Numbered from the stretch's first letter, positions 27,181 through 37,313 are shown. The stretch: 64,000 nucleotides of DNA from Elusimicrobiota bacterium (GCA_036574205.1 JAINCQ010000037.1:19541-83540), one strand, 5' to 3'. The notes: generated by a model not told the origin, from the sequence alone. Numbers and translations: made by a program.

Positions 27181-27629
27181 TTTGGGAAGTTTTTCTTTAT
27201 AATTTGTTCAAGATATTCAGTATCTGATATGTCTTTTTCAATTTCTTTTTTGATTGCTAATGAGCGTTCAAAATTCAGGTTTATATTATAACCCATAGCT
27301 CTTGCTATATCAAAAACTGATTTTTTTTCTTTTTCCATTTTTTTAATCAGATCGCTAAGAGTGATTTTATTATCAACGCAAAATTTAAGAGCAAATATGA
27401 TTTCAGTTCTATAAAATCCGTTTTTTTTCAAATAGAAGATTTCTTCAATGCTTTTTGTGGATTCTGCTATATCATAATTAAAATTTTTTTTAAAAAAATC
27501 CATGGTTTTTTCCATAAAAACTCTATCATAGAAAGATTCCGCGAGTGTGATATTAAACGAAGAAATTTTACTGTCGTATAATGTTTGTGAATAAGCTGGG
27601 TTTGAGAAAAATAAAAACAAAAAAAACAT
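27177..27629 (-). CDS. Hypothetical secreted protein
   Basis: 150-aa ORF with a signal-like N-terminus. It overlaps both neighbours (1 nt upstream, 4 nt downstream). Confidence 0.4.
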   Translation of the reverse strand: MFFLFLFFSNPAYSQTLYDSKISSFNITLAESFYDRVFMEKTMDFFKKNFNYDIAESTKSIEEIFYLKKNGFYRTEIIFALKFCVDNKITLSDLIKKMEKEKKSVFDIARAMGYNINLNFERSLAIKKEIEKDISDTEYLEQIIKKNFPK

Positions 27630-27862
27630 TAGATGGAAGTTGTTACAAGTGTTTCTGTAGATAAAACCCCTGGTATGTTTCTTATTTCATTTACCACAAC
27701 CTGTGAAAGCTGTTCAAGATCAGATGTCTCCATATCAAGAACAAGATCCCACCTTCCAAATACCGCGGACATATGAACAACTTCTTTGATCGCTCTGAGT
27801 TTTGGTAAAACCTGTTTTTCCTTTCCTGGAATCATTTTAACTAAAACAAGTCCCGTTACCAT
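27629..27862 (-). CDS. Stand-alone Lrp/AsnC-type ligand-binding (RAM) domain protein
   Basis: 77-aa ORF. The pattern (V.V....G.......L......V......G.WDL.L.......EL......IR.I.GV..T.T) matches the AsnC C-terminal domain. There is no HTH. Confidence 0.6.
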   Translation of the reverse strand: MVTGLVLVKMIPGKEKQVLPKLRAIKEVVHMSAVFGRWDLVLDMETSDLEQLSQVVVNEIRNIPGVLSTETLVTTSI

Positions 27863-27871
27863 AGAATCTCC

Positions 27872-28618
27872 TTATGCAGTTTTTCTGGATTGAAGTTTTT
27901 TCATCAGGATTTTTTCTGCTATGAAATAAATTATAAGCCCGGCTATTACCCAGTTTGTTGCATAAAAGTATTGAGCCGAAGAATATCTTACAAGAAGGTC
28001 AAACCTTCCGTAAAGAAGTGAAAATCTTGCCATAACAGTGTTGCCAAATGATGCTCCAAAGTATATCATGAGAAAATAAACACCAAAGTTGGATATCTTT
28101 TTCACACTCCCCTTATGTTCAACAGAAAAGAAAAAATAAAATAAAACAGACAGTGTCCCAACTAAAAGTAATATGGAGTTAAACATTGCAATTCCAGTTA
28201 AGTTGAAAAATTTAGCAAACGGCTCTATTGTGCCAAGTATCTGGTTTGTGAAATCAGTTGCTATCCCCGCTGGTAACACAAGTCCGGCTGAATATCCCAT
28301 AAGAAATGTAAATCCATATCTTGATATCCATGATATCTTCGGGATAAACTGTGTTATTAATGAAAGTCCAAGTATTGTTGGTATTATCAACATCCATACT
28401 TCAAACCATCTTCCAGCTTTAATATGCTCTACAAGTGGCTGGTAAACATTTGGTATTATTATTTTATATATTGTTAGTTGTATATGCCAGGCAAGTCCAA
28501 CACCAACATAAAGATGTTCCGCTATCTTAAAGAACATATTATCCTTGTATAGGAAGGAGAATATAAAAAGAGTAAGTCCTGCTGCAACAAAAGCGCCGTA
28601 TATAGCTTGTATTTCCAT
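27872..28618 (-). CDS. Uncharacterised polytopic membrane protein (about 7 TM)
   Basis: 248-aa hydrophobic ORF, fourth gene of a tightly spaced four-gene set. No family recognised. Confidence 0.45.
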   Translation of the reverse strand: MEIQAIYGAFVAAGLTLFIFSFLYKDNMFFKIAEHLYVGVGLAWHIQLTIYKIIIPNVYQPLVEHIKAGRWFEVWMLIIPTILGLSLITQFIPKISWISRYGFTFLMGYSAGLVLPAGIATDFTNQILGTIEPFAKFFNLTGIAMFNSILLLVGTLSVLFYFFFSVEHKGSVKKISNFGVYFLMIYFGASFGNTVMARFSLLYGRFDLLVRYSSAQYFYATNWVIAGLIIYFIAEKILMKKLQSRKTA

Positions 28619-28621
28619 ATT

Positions 28622-29449
28622 TCACTCCTTTGTGAATTTAAGCGTAAGTAAAACTATATTTGAGAATATAATAAATGTTATAACTAAAAGGTGAGCTATA
28701 TTTAAAGCATCTATGCCACTTGTTCCTTTCCACGGCTCGGATATAAGTCTTTCATATTCCGCCGATCCTTTCATCCCGCCAATAAGCCCCTTAATCTGCT
28801 TTTTTTGAAGATATGGCCCATAGCCAACCTGGCTTATGGCAGTTACCCCACCTAAAATCGGAACTCCATATTTATCGCCAACATAGACCACCCAGTAATC
28901 AAGTATCGCTGTTCCAGTTATATCTATAATGCAGGATATATCTTTATAGTTTTTAATATTCTTCATCATCTCAAAATCCCTTAGCGGTTTATTGTTTACA
29001 TCTTTGTCATAAATAGCATATATATCTGAAGACATCTGGGTTAAAACTGCGGCAATATTAGGCATATATGGAAGAAGAACATAGTCTTTACCATATTCCT
29101 TCCCGAATTTTGGAGGTATTGTTCTGGTTAACTCATCTATTAAACCTCCTGATCCTGCAAGAAAGGTTAGTATAATAACTTTTATATTTTTTTTGAAAGC
29201 ATGCTTTAAAATAGCAGCTGCCTGAGGATGTAACTCAGGCGCGGTAGAGGGATCGTAGTCAAGTGAAAGAATTATCGTTGAATTTTCAGGAATCTTTTCA
29301 ATAAAATCATATACACTTTGAACCGATGTTGATATTGATTTAGATGTTATTCCAATTGGTTTTATGATTGGTATTAGAATTGAAAGCGTCAAGAGTAAAA
29401 AAAGCCATCTTCTGTCTATCTTCAAAAGCTTATTTAAATTTTCTTTCAT
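28622..29449 (-). CDS. Uncharacterised bitopic protein (N- and C-terminal TM helices flanking a soluble alpha/beta-looking domain)
   Basis: 275-aa ORF separated from the downstream gene by a 3-nt gap. No family recognised. Confidence 0.45.
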   Translation of the reverse strand: MKENLNKLLKIDRRWLFLLLTLSILIPIIKPIGITSKSISTSVQSVYDFIEKIPENSTIILSLDYDPSTAPELHPQAAAILKHAFKKNIKVIILTFLAGSGGLIDELTRTIPPKFGKEYGKDYVLLPYMPNIAAVLTQMSSDIYAIYDKDVNNKPLRDFEMMKNIKNYKDISCIIDITGTAILDYWVVYVGDKYGVPILGGVTAISQVGYGPYLQKKQIKGLIGGMKGSAEYERLISEPWKGTSGIDALNIAHLLVITFIIFSNIVLLTLKFTKE

Positions 29450-29462
29450 ACCCTTCTCCTTT

Positions 29463-30131
29463 TTATTCTTTACCCATATATCCGCGTTCTATTCCAAATA
29501 TTATTTTTAGTGAGGTAACAGCAGCTCCAATAGCTATTCCTATCATTATTCCTCTTTTGCCTGCTGTGGCTGGAACGTTCATTATCCAGTCTTTTATCTG
29601 GGCTATGGTTATTTTAGTCCATGCAAATAATTTATCCCAAATTATTTCTCCAAGTGGAATATTCCCAAGCATAAGTATCAGCCCTGCTATAAATAATAAA
29701 AAGGCAGAAAATGATTTTATTCTAAAAGACCTGTATGCAGTTGATATGATATAAAAAGCAAGAACCGAAAACATTGTGGCGCTTAAAGGATTGTATATAT
29801 TATTAAATGCCCAGCCTAATGCGGTAATATCTGTGCCTTTTGATATAACCCCTTTGCTTATAAAAGCAGCACCCATCATTATCAAAAACCCAAGGTATAC
29901 AAAAATACTATATCCCCAGCCATCTGCTTTTCTCTGGATTTTTCTGTAATGAGCATAAAATAAACTTATCATTCCAAGGAAAAGAGCAAATGCGGCAACT
30001 ATATTTTCCCATATATTTATTGTTTCAAGATATTTTTCAGACATTCTGTTTGGGACATAGTATGACGCAAGGGTCACCATGCCGAAGATAAAAACAATCG
30101 TAAGAGGTATGTGTTTTTTTATAAGATTCAT
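29463..30131 (-). CDS. Uncharacterised polytopic membrane protein (about 6 TM)
   Basis: 222-aa hydrophobic ORF separated from the upstream gene by a 1-nt gap. No family recognised. Confidence 0.45.
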   Translation of the reverse strand: MNLIKKHIPLTIVFIFGMVTLASYYVPNRMSEKYLETINIWENIVAAFALFLGMISLFYAHYRKIQRKADGWGYSIFVYLGFLIMMGAAFISKGVISKGTDITALGWAFNNIYNPLSATMFSVLAFYIISTAYRSFRIKSFSAFLLFIAGLILMLGNIPLGEIIWDKLFAWTKITIAQIKDWIMNVPATAGKRGIMIGIAIGAAVTSLKIIFGIERGYMGKE

Positions 30132-30132
30132 A

Positions 30133-31404
30133 TTATCTCACCTTTAATATATCCAGTATTTTTTCTATTATTATTGTATTATTCCACTTAGACATAATAA
30201 GCGCGGCTATTGAAAGAACAGAAGCAGTCAGTATAAACACAAGTTTGCCAAAATCCTGAACCTTAAGGGCGCTTACAAGCATAGGTTCTTTTGAAAGATA
30301 CGCTCCTGCGGCGTATAATTCCTCTCCTATTAATGTATAATCACAGGCTGTAACAAAAAATGGGAGCTGATGGTCTACGTCTGTTCCAGCTATTTGTATT
30401 GCTCCAGTTGAAGCGCCGACCTCAGCAAGCAACAAAGACTCAGCCATAAAATACCCCATATAAAAACATGCAGCTGGTTTCTCGCGGGATATCATCCCGT
30501 CTATTGCGGCGGCATACGCAAACTGATCCTGGGTTATAAACATATTTATATCATCTCTGAAAGAATCTGGCCTTTCCGCTTCTATATATGATTGCTTTAC
30601 GGTCTCTTTAGCTACAGTAAAAACTATCGGGTCATAATGGGGAACCTTTATTGTGGCGTCATATTGCGCTATTTTTTTTGAAACCTCGCCAAGTATAAAA
30701 ACTGAGGCTATAGTGGATATATTTGACATAGAACCTATTCCCGGGACATATATTACAGATTTACCCATCTCAGTAGCTCTTCCAACTGCCTCATCTATTG
30801 CGTCAAGCCCTGCTATTCTTCTTATAAACAACTCTCTTTTTTTAGCATGTGAAACAATAATAAAAAATACTATTGATATTATTAAAACTATAATAAAGTG
30901 ATTGATTCTATCCCACCTGAACCAATTTCCTTTTACAACACCTTCGACAGTTTGTGATTCGTAATTTTTCTTACCGTCTGATATGTGTATTTTAGAATAA
31001 ATTTTAAATCCATCTTTAAATTCATCAAAAAAATCTTCTTCTTTTAGGGAAAAAACTTTTAGAATTGGGACAATGACAGAGTAATTGTTTAATTTTTTAT
31101 CCCAGAGCCAGAAAGGGAGGTCTATATCTTTTGCAGTACTTTCTTTATATTTTATTTCCCTGAACTTTATCCAGTTTTTGCTATCCGATGAGAGGTAAAC
31201 GGTATAAATAGAATCTTTTTTTTCATCATCAACTGCCCATATAACTATTGCTGAATCTCCTCTATCACCTGGATAATCAATAAGACTAAAGTTTTTAATT
31301 TCAATATTTTCAAGCCCTGTCAAATCTTTTTTTACTTTAGGCAGAGCATTTAGTAAAGAGGAAGTCAAAATTAAACATACGAAAATATTTGTTATTTTTT
31401 TCAT
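30133..31404 (-). CDS. Uncharacterised membrane protein with an exported beta-rich N-domain and a conserved-looking C-terminal domain
   Basis: 423-aa ORF. It has a signal peptide, a ~150-aa beta-rich region, and a TM helix. A C-terminal region follows (RRIAGLDAIDEAVGRATEMGKSVIYVPGIGS...), ending in further hydrophobic helices. Confidence 0.45.
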   Translation of the reverse strand: MKKITNIFVCLILTSSLLNALPKVKKDLTGLENIEIKNFSLIDYPGDRGDSAIVIWAVDDEKKDSIYTVYLSSDSKNWIKFREIKYKESTAKDIDLPFWLWDKKLNNYSVIVPILKVFSLKEEDFFDEFKDGFKIYSKIHISDGKKNYESQTVEGVVKGNWFRWDRINHFIIVLIISIVFFIIVSHAKKRELFIRRIAGLDAIDEAVGRATEMGKSVIYVPGIGSMSNISTIASVFILGEVSKKIAQYDATIKVPHYDPIVFTVAKETVKQSYIEAERPDSFRDDINMFITQDQFAYAAAIDGMISREKPAACFYMGYFMAESLLLAEVGASTGAIQIAGTDVDHQLPFFVTACDYTLIGEELYAAGAYLSKEPMLVSALKVQDFGKLVFILTASVLSIAALIMSKWNNTIIIEKILDILKVR

Positions 31405-31451
31405 ACTATATTAAAAATATAACATTTTTCAAATATCAAATCAAGAAATTT

Positions 31452-32300
31452 TTATCTTATTTCTATTTTAGCAGAATTTTTTAGCTGATTGATTAATTGA
31501 TTTTTCCCTGATGTTAAAAGCGTAGCTGTAATTGATTGTTTTATTTTTTCTTTTACTTCTTCAAATTTAAGAGTTGTTTGCGGTCTTTTTTCTTCGACCT
31601 TAAATATTGAATATCCATTTCCTGTTTTAATTGGTTTTGTATATTTTCCGATTTCTGTTTCAAATATTTCTTTTTCTATTTCAGGAAGAAGCATGCCTTT
31701 AGATATAAATCCCAGTTCTCCTTTCGTTTGTTTGAGCCTTTCATCTGCGGATTTTAGTTCTGCTAATTTCTCAAAGCTTGCTCCTGCATCAAGCGCAATT
31801 ATTATATCATTTGCCTCTGCTTGAGTGTTTACAAAAATCTGTCTTATCTTAAGTGCTTCTGGAATCTGAAACTGAGCTGGGTTTGAATCATAGTATTTTT
31901 TTGCATCTTCATCTGTTACGTTTATATTTAAAATATTTATTATAGCTCTTTCTATTAAAAGATTGTTCTCTATCATTGCATAATAATCTTTTTCTGAAAT
32001 ATTAAGTCTTTTAAGTTCTTTCTTAAAATCATTTTCTGAGTTAAAGCGCTTTTTGATCTCTTTTATTAACTCATTAACTTCCTGCTTTAAGACACTTATC
32101 TTTCTTTTTTTTGCTTCCTGTATAATGAGCTTATCTGCCAGAACCTCATCAAGGGTTTTTGCAAAATAATTCAATGACATCCTGTTTCTTATTTCATTGA
32201 ATGTTATAGATTCTCCATTTATTGAAGCGACAACATTATCCTGAGAGTTAAGCAAAGCAGTTATGCTGCTGGTAATGATTATAAATAACATTTTTTTCAT
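31452..32300 (-). CDS. Parvulin-type peptidyl-prolyl isomerase (SurA/PrsA-like)
   Basis: 282-aa ORF with a signal peptide, a SurA-N-like helical region and a PPIC rotamase core (IRQIFV...GELGFISKGMLLPEIEKEIF...GYSIFKV). Confidence 0.75.
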   Translation of the reverse strand: MKKMLFIIITSSITALLNSQDNVVASINGESITFNEIRNRMSLNYFAKTLDEVLADKLIIQEAKKRKISVLKQEVNELIKEIKKRFNSENDFKKELKRLNISEKDYYAMIENNLLIERAIINILNINVTDEDAKKYYDSNPAQFQIPEALKIRQIFVNTQAEANDIIIALDAGASFEKLAELKSADERLKQTKGELGFISKGMLLPEIEKEIFETEIGKYTKPIKTGNGYSIFKVEEKRPQTTLKFEEVKEKIKQSITATLLTSGKNQLINQLKNSAKIEIR

Positions 32301-32302
32301 AA

Positions 32303-33400
32303 TTAGCCTCCTTGCTTTGAAATATAAAGTTTTTGAGTGGGATAGGCAAATTCAATCCCATTTTCCTGAAATTGTCTTGCTATTTCGCAAAGCACCTGTT
32401 CATTTAAGTTTATATAAAGAGAGTAATCTGCTGAAAGGATATAGTATACAAATTCAAAATCAATAGAATAATTATTAAATCTGATTAAATTTGCTCTGTC
32501 GAATCTTGTTTTTTCAACTTTTTCAACGGATTTTTTAATTATTTGTGGTATCAATTTTAGCTTTTCCATTGGAGTTTCATATATTACTCCGATTGTTTGA
32601 AGAACTCTTCTTTCTCTCATAAAGGAAAAATTTTGTATTATCTCACCCATTATTTTTGAATTAGTTATAAACGCAAGTTCTCCACTTAAGGTCCTTATCC
32701 TGATAGATTTAAGTCCTATTTCCTCTATCGTTCCAGAAATATTTTGCTGGGGAAGCGAGATAAAATCCCCGACTTTAAATGGCTTATCAAATATTATTAC
32801 AAAAAAATTGAATATATCTCCTAAAATTGTTTGAGAGGCTAATGCCAGAGCTACTCCGCCTATTCCAACTCCTGCAAGAAGTGAGCTTATATTGATGCCA
32901 GCATTTTGTAAAAGGAAGAGTATTGCTATAATCCAGACAAATATTCTAAAAAATATCCTGATTGCATTTAAGGACTTTGCGTACTCATTTCCTGATATCT
33001 GTGAAAACCAGAAATTGATGATAGCTTCAAGAGATGAGACTACTCTGTAAGTTATAATGATAACAAGGATCCAGTGTAATATTATTTGAATTTTGGGATT
33101 TAAATAAAGTGGTTTTAATGCTATATATAAAGCTATAAATTGGTATTCAAACCACTTTATTCTATTTATTAGATCTACTGTAAAATCATCAAATTTAGTT
33201 TCAGTTTTTTGGGATATCTCCTCTATTTTTTTGAGTATTTTGGATTTAAAGTAATAAAGAAGTTTTGTGGCTGTTATAAATATAGCTATGGAAATAATAT
33301 ATTTTAAAACGGTATTCCCAAATAAATTAAAGTCTAAAACTGAATTCATAAAAATATTATACAAATTAAAAAAATAATTTTTTAAAATATAAACTATCAA
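32303..33400 (-). CDS. MscS-family mechanosensitive channel
   Basis: 365-aa ORF with TM helices followed by the MscS beta-domain motif (FKVGDFISL...GTIEEIGLKSIRIRTLSGELAFITNS). Confidence 0.8.
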   Translation of the reverse strand: MIVYILKNYFFNLYNIFMNSVLDFNLFGNTVLKYIISIAIFITATKLLYYFKSKILKKIEEISQKTETKFDDFTVDLINRIKWFEYQFIALYIALKPLYLNPKIQIILHWILVIIITYRVVSSLEAIINFWFSQISGNEYAKSLNAIRIFFRIFVWIIAILFLLQNAGINISSLLAGVGIGGVALALASQTILGDIFNFFVIIFDKPFKVGDFISLPQQNISGTIEEIGLKSIRIRTLSGELAFITNSKIMGEIIQNFSFMRERRVLQTIGVIYETPMEKLKLIPQIIKKSVEKVEKTRFDRANLIRFNNYSIDFEFVYYILSADYSLYINLNEQVLCEIARQFQENGIEFAYPTQKLYISKQGG

Positions 33401-33476
33401 ACTAATTTAATATAAATAATATAAAATTTTTGTTAATTATACTTATGTTTTCCCCTTAAAGTTTTTTAATCAGTTA

Positions 33477-33878
33477 TTATTTATAGTGAAGTTTTAAATT
33501 TTTTCTGTTTAAATCAGCTAACTCAAACTCAGAGGTGAAAGCAAGTGCTTTTTTAGGGCATATCTCAACACATTGCGCGCAATATATACACCTATCTAAA
33601 TTCATTATGCAATCAAATTTTCTTGAAACTGGGGATGGTTTGCCGTCAGGTTGAATTTTGGGTTCTGGTTGATCAGGCGATAAAATTATTTCTATCGCTT
33701 TTGATGGACAGACTCTCATACACATTTTACATCCAATACATTTAGCGCTTTCAAAAACTACTCTTCCTCTAAAATTTGGATATGTTTTTGCTTTCTCAAA
33801 AGGGTATTTGGATGTAGCAGCTTTTTTTGAAAGATGTTTTATAGCCTGGGGAAAAAGTTTTAAAGGTTTTTTAGCCAT
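33477..33878 (-). CDS. Hydrogenase 2x[4Fe-4S] subunit (NuoI/MbhN/HycF-like)
   Basis: 133-aa ORF with CIGCKMCMRVCP and CIYCAQCVEICP. Confidence 0.8.
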   Translation of the reverse strand: MAKKPLKLFPQAIKHLSKKAATSKYPFEKAKTYPNFRGRVVFESAKCIGCKMCMRVCPSKAIEIILSPDQPEPKIQPDGKPSPVSRKFDCIMNLDRCIYCAQCVEICPKKALAFTSEFELADLNRKNLKLHYK

Positions 33879-33890
33879 ATTTCTTACCTC

Positions 33891-34829
33891 TTAAATTTTA
33901 ATTTTAATAAATAAATCTATGAGTATTTGTATCATTGAAACTGGAACAAGCCATTTCCATGAAAACTTTACTACCTGATCCACTCTTACCCTTGCCATAA
34001 GAACTCTAAATAATATTAGGATAAAGCATATAAAAAAAGTTTTTATCAAAAATACTATAAAAGCAGTTATCCCACTTAATTTAAAAACTCCACCCAAAAA
34101 AACAGCGTTTATTAAAGCGGCAACTACAACCATTTCTATATCTATTGAGAGTAAAAATAATGCAAGCAATCTTCCAGAATACTCAGTGAATTGTCCGCCC
34201 ACTACCTCATTTTTAGCATGAGGAGCGTCAAATGGAACTCTTTCTAACTTTCCTTCAGATGCAAGCAATGCTGCAAGAAACCCCGGGATATTTATTAATA
34301 TGTAGAGAGGATTATTTGCAAAGAAATTTGCTATCTCCTTAACTGACCAGCTCCCACTTAATATTGCACATCCAGCAACAGATAAAAAAAGTGGAACCTC
34401 ATACCCGAATAATTGCGTCATTACCCTCATAGAACCTATCGTTGAATATGGACTTGTTGATGACCAGCCTGCAAGGAAAAAAGTTACAGTTGGTATTGTT
34501 AGCAAATAGATTATAACTATCAGATCCCCTTCAAAGGATATAAGCGGATCTCCCCATATCGGCAACATAAATATGGTAGTTATTATACTTGCTATTGCAA
34601 CATATGGCAAAGCTTTAAATAAAATTATATCTGCATTATCAGGAACTATAACTTCTTTAGATATAAGTTTTATAAAATCTGCAACTGGTTGATATATCGG
34701 AGGACCAACCCTGTTTTGCATTATGGCTGCTAATTTTCTATCAACCCATTGAATACACATGCCGTATGTCCCTAAAAAAATAAATCCAGGGAATACGATT
34801 ATATATATTAAAGGCATTATAAGATCCAT
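33891..34829 (-). CDS. Hydrogenase membrane subunit (NuoH/MbhM/HycD-like)
   Basis: 312-aa polytopic ORF with RKLAAIMQNRVGPP and a PFD.P.A..E-like loop (RVPFDAPHAKNEVVGG). Confidence 0.8.
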   Translation of the reverse strand: MDLIMPLIYIIVFPGFIFLGTYGMCIQWVDRKLAAIMQNRVGPPIYQPVADFIKLISKEVIVPDNADIILFKALPYVAIASIITTIFMLPIWGDPLISFEGDLIVIIYLLTIPTVTFFLAGWSSTSPYSTIGSMRVMTQLFGYEVPLFLSVAGCAILSGSWSVKEIANFFANNPLYILINIPGFLAALLASEGKLERVPFDAPHAKNEVVGGQFTEYSGRLLALFLLSIDIEMVVVAALINAVFLGGVFKLSGITAFIVFLIKTFFICFILILFRVLMARVRVDQVVKFSWKWLVPVSMIQILIDLFIKIKI

Positions 34830-34838
34830 ATCTTCTCC

Positions 34839-36026
34839 TTATTTAAAGCTAATTCCTTTTCTCTTATAAAATTCTATAGAGTATTTTCTTAATTCTTCCC
34901 AGTCAAATACCTTCTTTTTCCCGGTTTTTTGATCATATACAATAGCTCTATCAGTGCAGCTCATACATGGATCAATGGCTGCTATGGTAATTATTGCATC
35001 TGCTAAATATCCATTTTTAAGACAATATGGAAGAGATTGAAAGTTTGCAAGCGTTGGGGCTCGAACTTTTACTCTTTCTGGATATTCTGTGCCATTTGCA
35101 TTTACATAATGTATATCTTCACCTCTTGGAGCTTCATATCTAAACACTGCCTCTCCAGGTCCTATTTTCCATGGAAGTTTAACTAAGATTGGTCCTTCTG
35201 GAAGGTTTTTCAATATCTGTTCTATCATCTTATATGATTCTATAGTTTCAAGAACTCTTACTACAGCTCTTCCAAAAACATCGCAAGAATTATAAGTTAT
35301 AACCTTCCAGTCAAGTTGATCATATATAAAATATGGCTCATCCCTTCTTACATCTATATCAACACCGCTTGCTCTTGCTGTAGGTCCAACAGCGTTTAGT
35401 TCAAGAGCTACTTCTTTTGGAAGTTTTCCAACATTCTGAGTTCTTGCAAGAAATGTAGGCTCTTCTGTAACGACCTCAACATAATAAGAAGTTCTTTCTT
35501 TAAGATATTTGACTTTTTTCAATATTTCATCAGCCTGTTCTTTTGTGATATCCCTTCTGACACCTCCGATTGTATTTATCCCGTAATGAACCCTGTTACC
35601 AGTTAAAAGCTCAAGACAATCAAGGATCTGTTCTCTATCCCTCCACGTATACATAAACAAGGTGTCATATCCAAGCTCAAATGCAGCTACCCCAAGCCAT
35701 AAAAGATGTGAGTGAATCCTTTCAAGTTCCGCTACAAGGGTTCTTATAGCTTTTGCTCTTTGAGGTATTTCAGCTTTTGCTATCTCTTCAACTGCGTTTA
35801 TATAACAACTTACATGAGAATGTGAACATATACCGCAAATTCTTTCAACTAAATAGATATCCTGAATAAAGTTTCTGTTTTCTGCTGCCTTTTCAACTCC
35901 CCTATGATTGTATCCAAGATTTACTGTCGCGTCAACAATCTGTTCTCCATTTAAAACCAACATAAAATTCTCTGGTTCTTTTAATGCTGGATGCTGAGGT
36001 CCAAGTGGTATTTGCATCTTTGACAT
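34839..36026 (-). CDS. Group 4 [NiFe]-hydrogenase large subunit (NuoD/MbhL/EchE-like)
   Basis: 395-aa ORF. Both Ni-Fe ligand motifs are intact: N-terminal RICGICSHSH and C-terminal DPCMSCTDR. About 35 aa follow the second motif. Confidence 0.85.
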   Translation of the reverse strand: MSKMQIPLGPQHPALKEPENFMLVLNGEQIVDATVNLGYNHRGVEKAAENRNFIQDIYLVERICGICSHSHVSCYINAVEEIAKAEIPQRAKAIRTLVAELERIHSHLLWLGVAAFELGYDTLFMYTWRDREQILDCLELLTGNRVHYGINTIGGVRRDITKEQADEILKKVKYLKERTSYYVEVVTEEPTFLARTQNVGKLPKEVALELNAVGPTARASGVDIDVRRDEPYFIYDQLDWKVITYNSCDVFGRAVVRVLETIESYKMIEQILKNLPEGPILVKLPWKIGPGEAVFRYEAPRGEDIHYVNANGTEYPERVKVRAPTLANFQSLPYCLKNGYLADAIITIAAIDPCMSCTDRAIVYDQKTGKKKVFDWEELRKYSIEFYKRKGISFK

Positions 36027-36517
36027 TATTCCTCCTTATCTGATTTTTCATTTAACATTTTGTTAAGTTCATCAAGCTTTACTTCTTTTCTAAGTGGATG
36101 AACCCCTTTTGGAAATCCATCCGGAAGGGGATAGTTTCTACCCTGGGGCAAGCCATCTATCTTTATTCCAAATAAGTCTTCCAGTTCCCTTTCATAAGAT
36201 GTTGCAACAGGATATACCCCTAAAACAGATTTTAAATGTGGATTTGATTTAGAAGTTCTCAACCTTATGTTTATAATAGTTTTGTGGTCTGTTATATGAT
36301 AAATTGCTCCTAATTTTTCCCCCTCATCAAAACCCGTTATAGTTGATAGATGATAATATCCTCTATTTTTTAGATATTTCATTAACTCAATAGCTTCTTC
36401 TCCTTTAACCTCTAACCATATTCTGTTTTTTCTTGAGATAATGGCATTTTCTATTTTATCAGAAAATTTCTCTTTTAAGTCCTTTAAAATTTCTTCTTCT
36501 TTTATCATCTCAGTCAT
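36026..36517 (-). CDS. Hydrogenase NuoC/MbhK-like subunit
   Basis: 163-aa ORF with a NuoC-like core (YHLSTITGFD, VYPVATSYERELEDLFGI). Its stop overlaps the large-subunit start by 1 nt. Confidence 0.75.
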   Translation of the reverse strand: MTEMIKEEEILKDLKEKFSDKIENAIISRKNRIWLEVKGEEAIELMKYLKNRGYYHLSTITGFDEGEKLGAIYHITDHKTIINIRLRTSKSNPHLKSVLGVYPVATSYERELEDLFGIKIDGLPQGRNYPLPDGFPKGVHPLRKEVKLDELNKMLNEKSDKEE

Positions 36518-36532
36518 AATTCACCTCGTTAA

Positions 36533-36976
36533 TTATTTTTTTGAAGATTTTTCAAGTTCAGTAATAAGTTTTACAACTGCATCTATTATTGCTTCTGGCC
36601 TTGCCGGACATCCTGGTATATAAGCTGAAACAGGTATAACTTTGTCTATCCCTCCAACTACGTTATAACATCCGTCAAAAACTCCTCCGGAACATGCGCA
36701 TGTCCCAACGGCAAGGACAAACTTTGGATTTGGAATTTGATCATATATCCTTCTAAATCTTTTTGCCTGCTGTCTTGTAAGAGGTCCGCTTACAACCATG
36801 ACATCTGCATGCCTTGGAGTTCCTTTCAACACTATTCCAAATCTCTCAAGATCATATCTGGGTGTTAATGCATCAACTATTTCTATATCACATCCGTTAC
36901 ATGCCCCTGTGTTGAAATGTATTATCCAGGGGGATTTGAGTCTTGACCATAGTACTATTTTGTCTTTTAATTTCAT
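36533..36976 (-). CDS. Hydrogenase small subunit (NuoB/MbhJ-like, one [4Fe-4S])
   Basis: 147-aa ORF with CNGC, GTCACSGG and PGCPARPE motifs. Confidence 0.85.
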   Translation of the reverse strand: MKLKDKIVLWSRLKSPWIIHFNTGACNGCDIEIVDALTPRYDLERFGIVLKGTPRHADVMVVSGPLTRQQAKRFRRIYDQIPNPKFVLAVGTCACSGGVFDGCYNVVGGIDKVIPVSAYIPGCPARPEAIIDAVVKLITELEKSSKK

Positions 36977-36986
36977 AAAGCCGTCC

Positions 36987-37310
36987 TTATATAAAAAGAA
37001 TTGAAATTATTAAAAGAACCGTTATTATATATATCAAAGGAACTGCAAAGGAAACTCCACTTGAGAAAGCTAAAGTCATTAGCATAAGCGCCGCAACATG
37101 CAAAATCGTAAAAAAAATAGCATATGGATAAAACTCTTCATAGCCAGCTGAAACCTTTTGAGCCGGAAAATCTTCGCCACAGGCATATGTTTTTGATGTC
37201 TCTGGCTTTTTTGTAATGGCTGGTTCAAAACTTTTTATCATTTTGCCAAATAGCAAAATAAGCACCAGCGTTATCAAAAAAGCAAAAGGTGGATAGAGAA
37301 GTATTTGCAT
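36987..37310 (-). CDS. Small membrane subunit (NuoA/MbhI-like)
   Basis: 107-aa ORF with 3 TM helices. The loop KTYACGEDFP...YEEFYPYAIFFTILHVAALML resembles the NuoA YECG...FYL.A.LF pattern. Confidence 0.55.
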   Translation of the reverse strand: MQILLYPPFAFLITLVLILLFGKMIKSFEPAITKKPETSKTYACGEDFPAQKVSAGYEEFYPYAIFFTILHVAALMLMTLAFSSGVSFAVPLIYIITVLLIISILFI

Positions 37311-37313
37311 AAA

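Noticed and set aside
26711-27202. 163-aa plus-strand ORF competing with the DUF192 gene on the minus strand
   Set aside because: The minus-strand product has the DUF192 signature motifs and fits the operon's stop-start overlaps. The plus-strand translation is hydrophobic and low-complexity with no motif.
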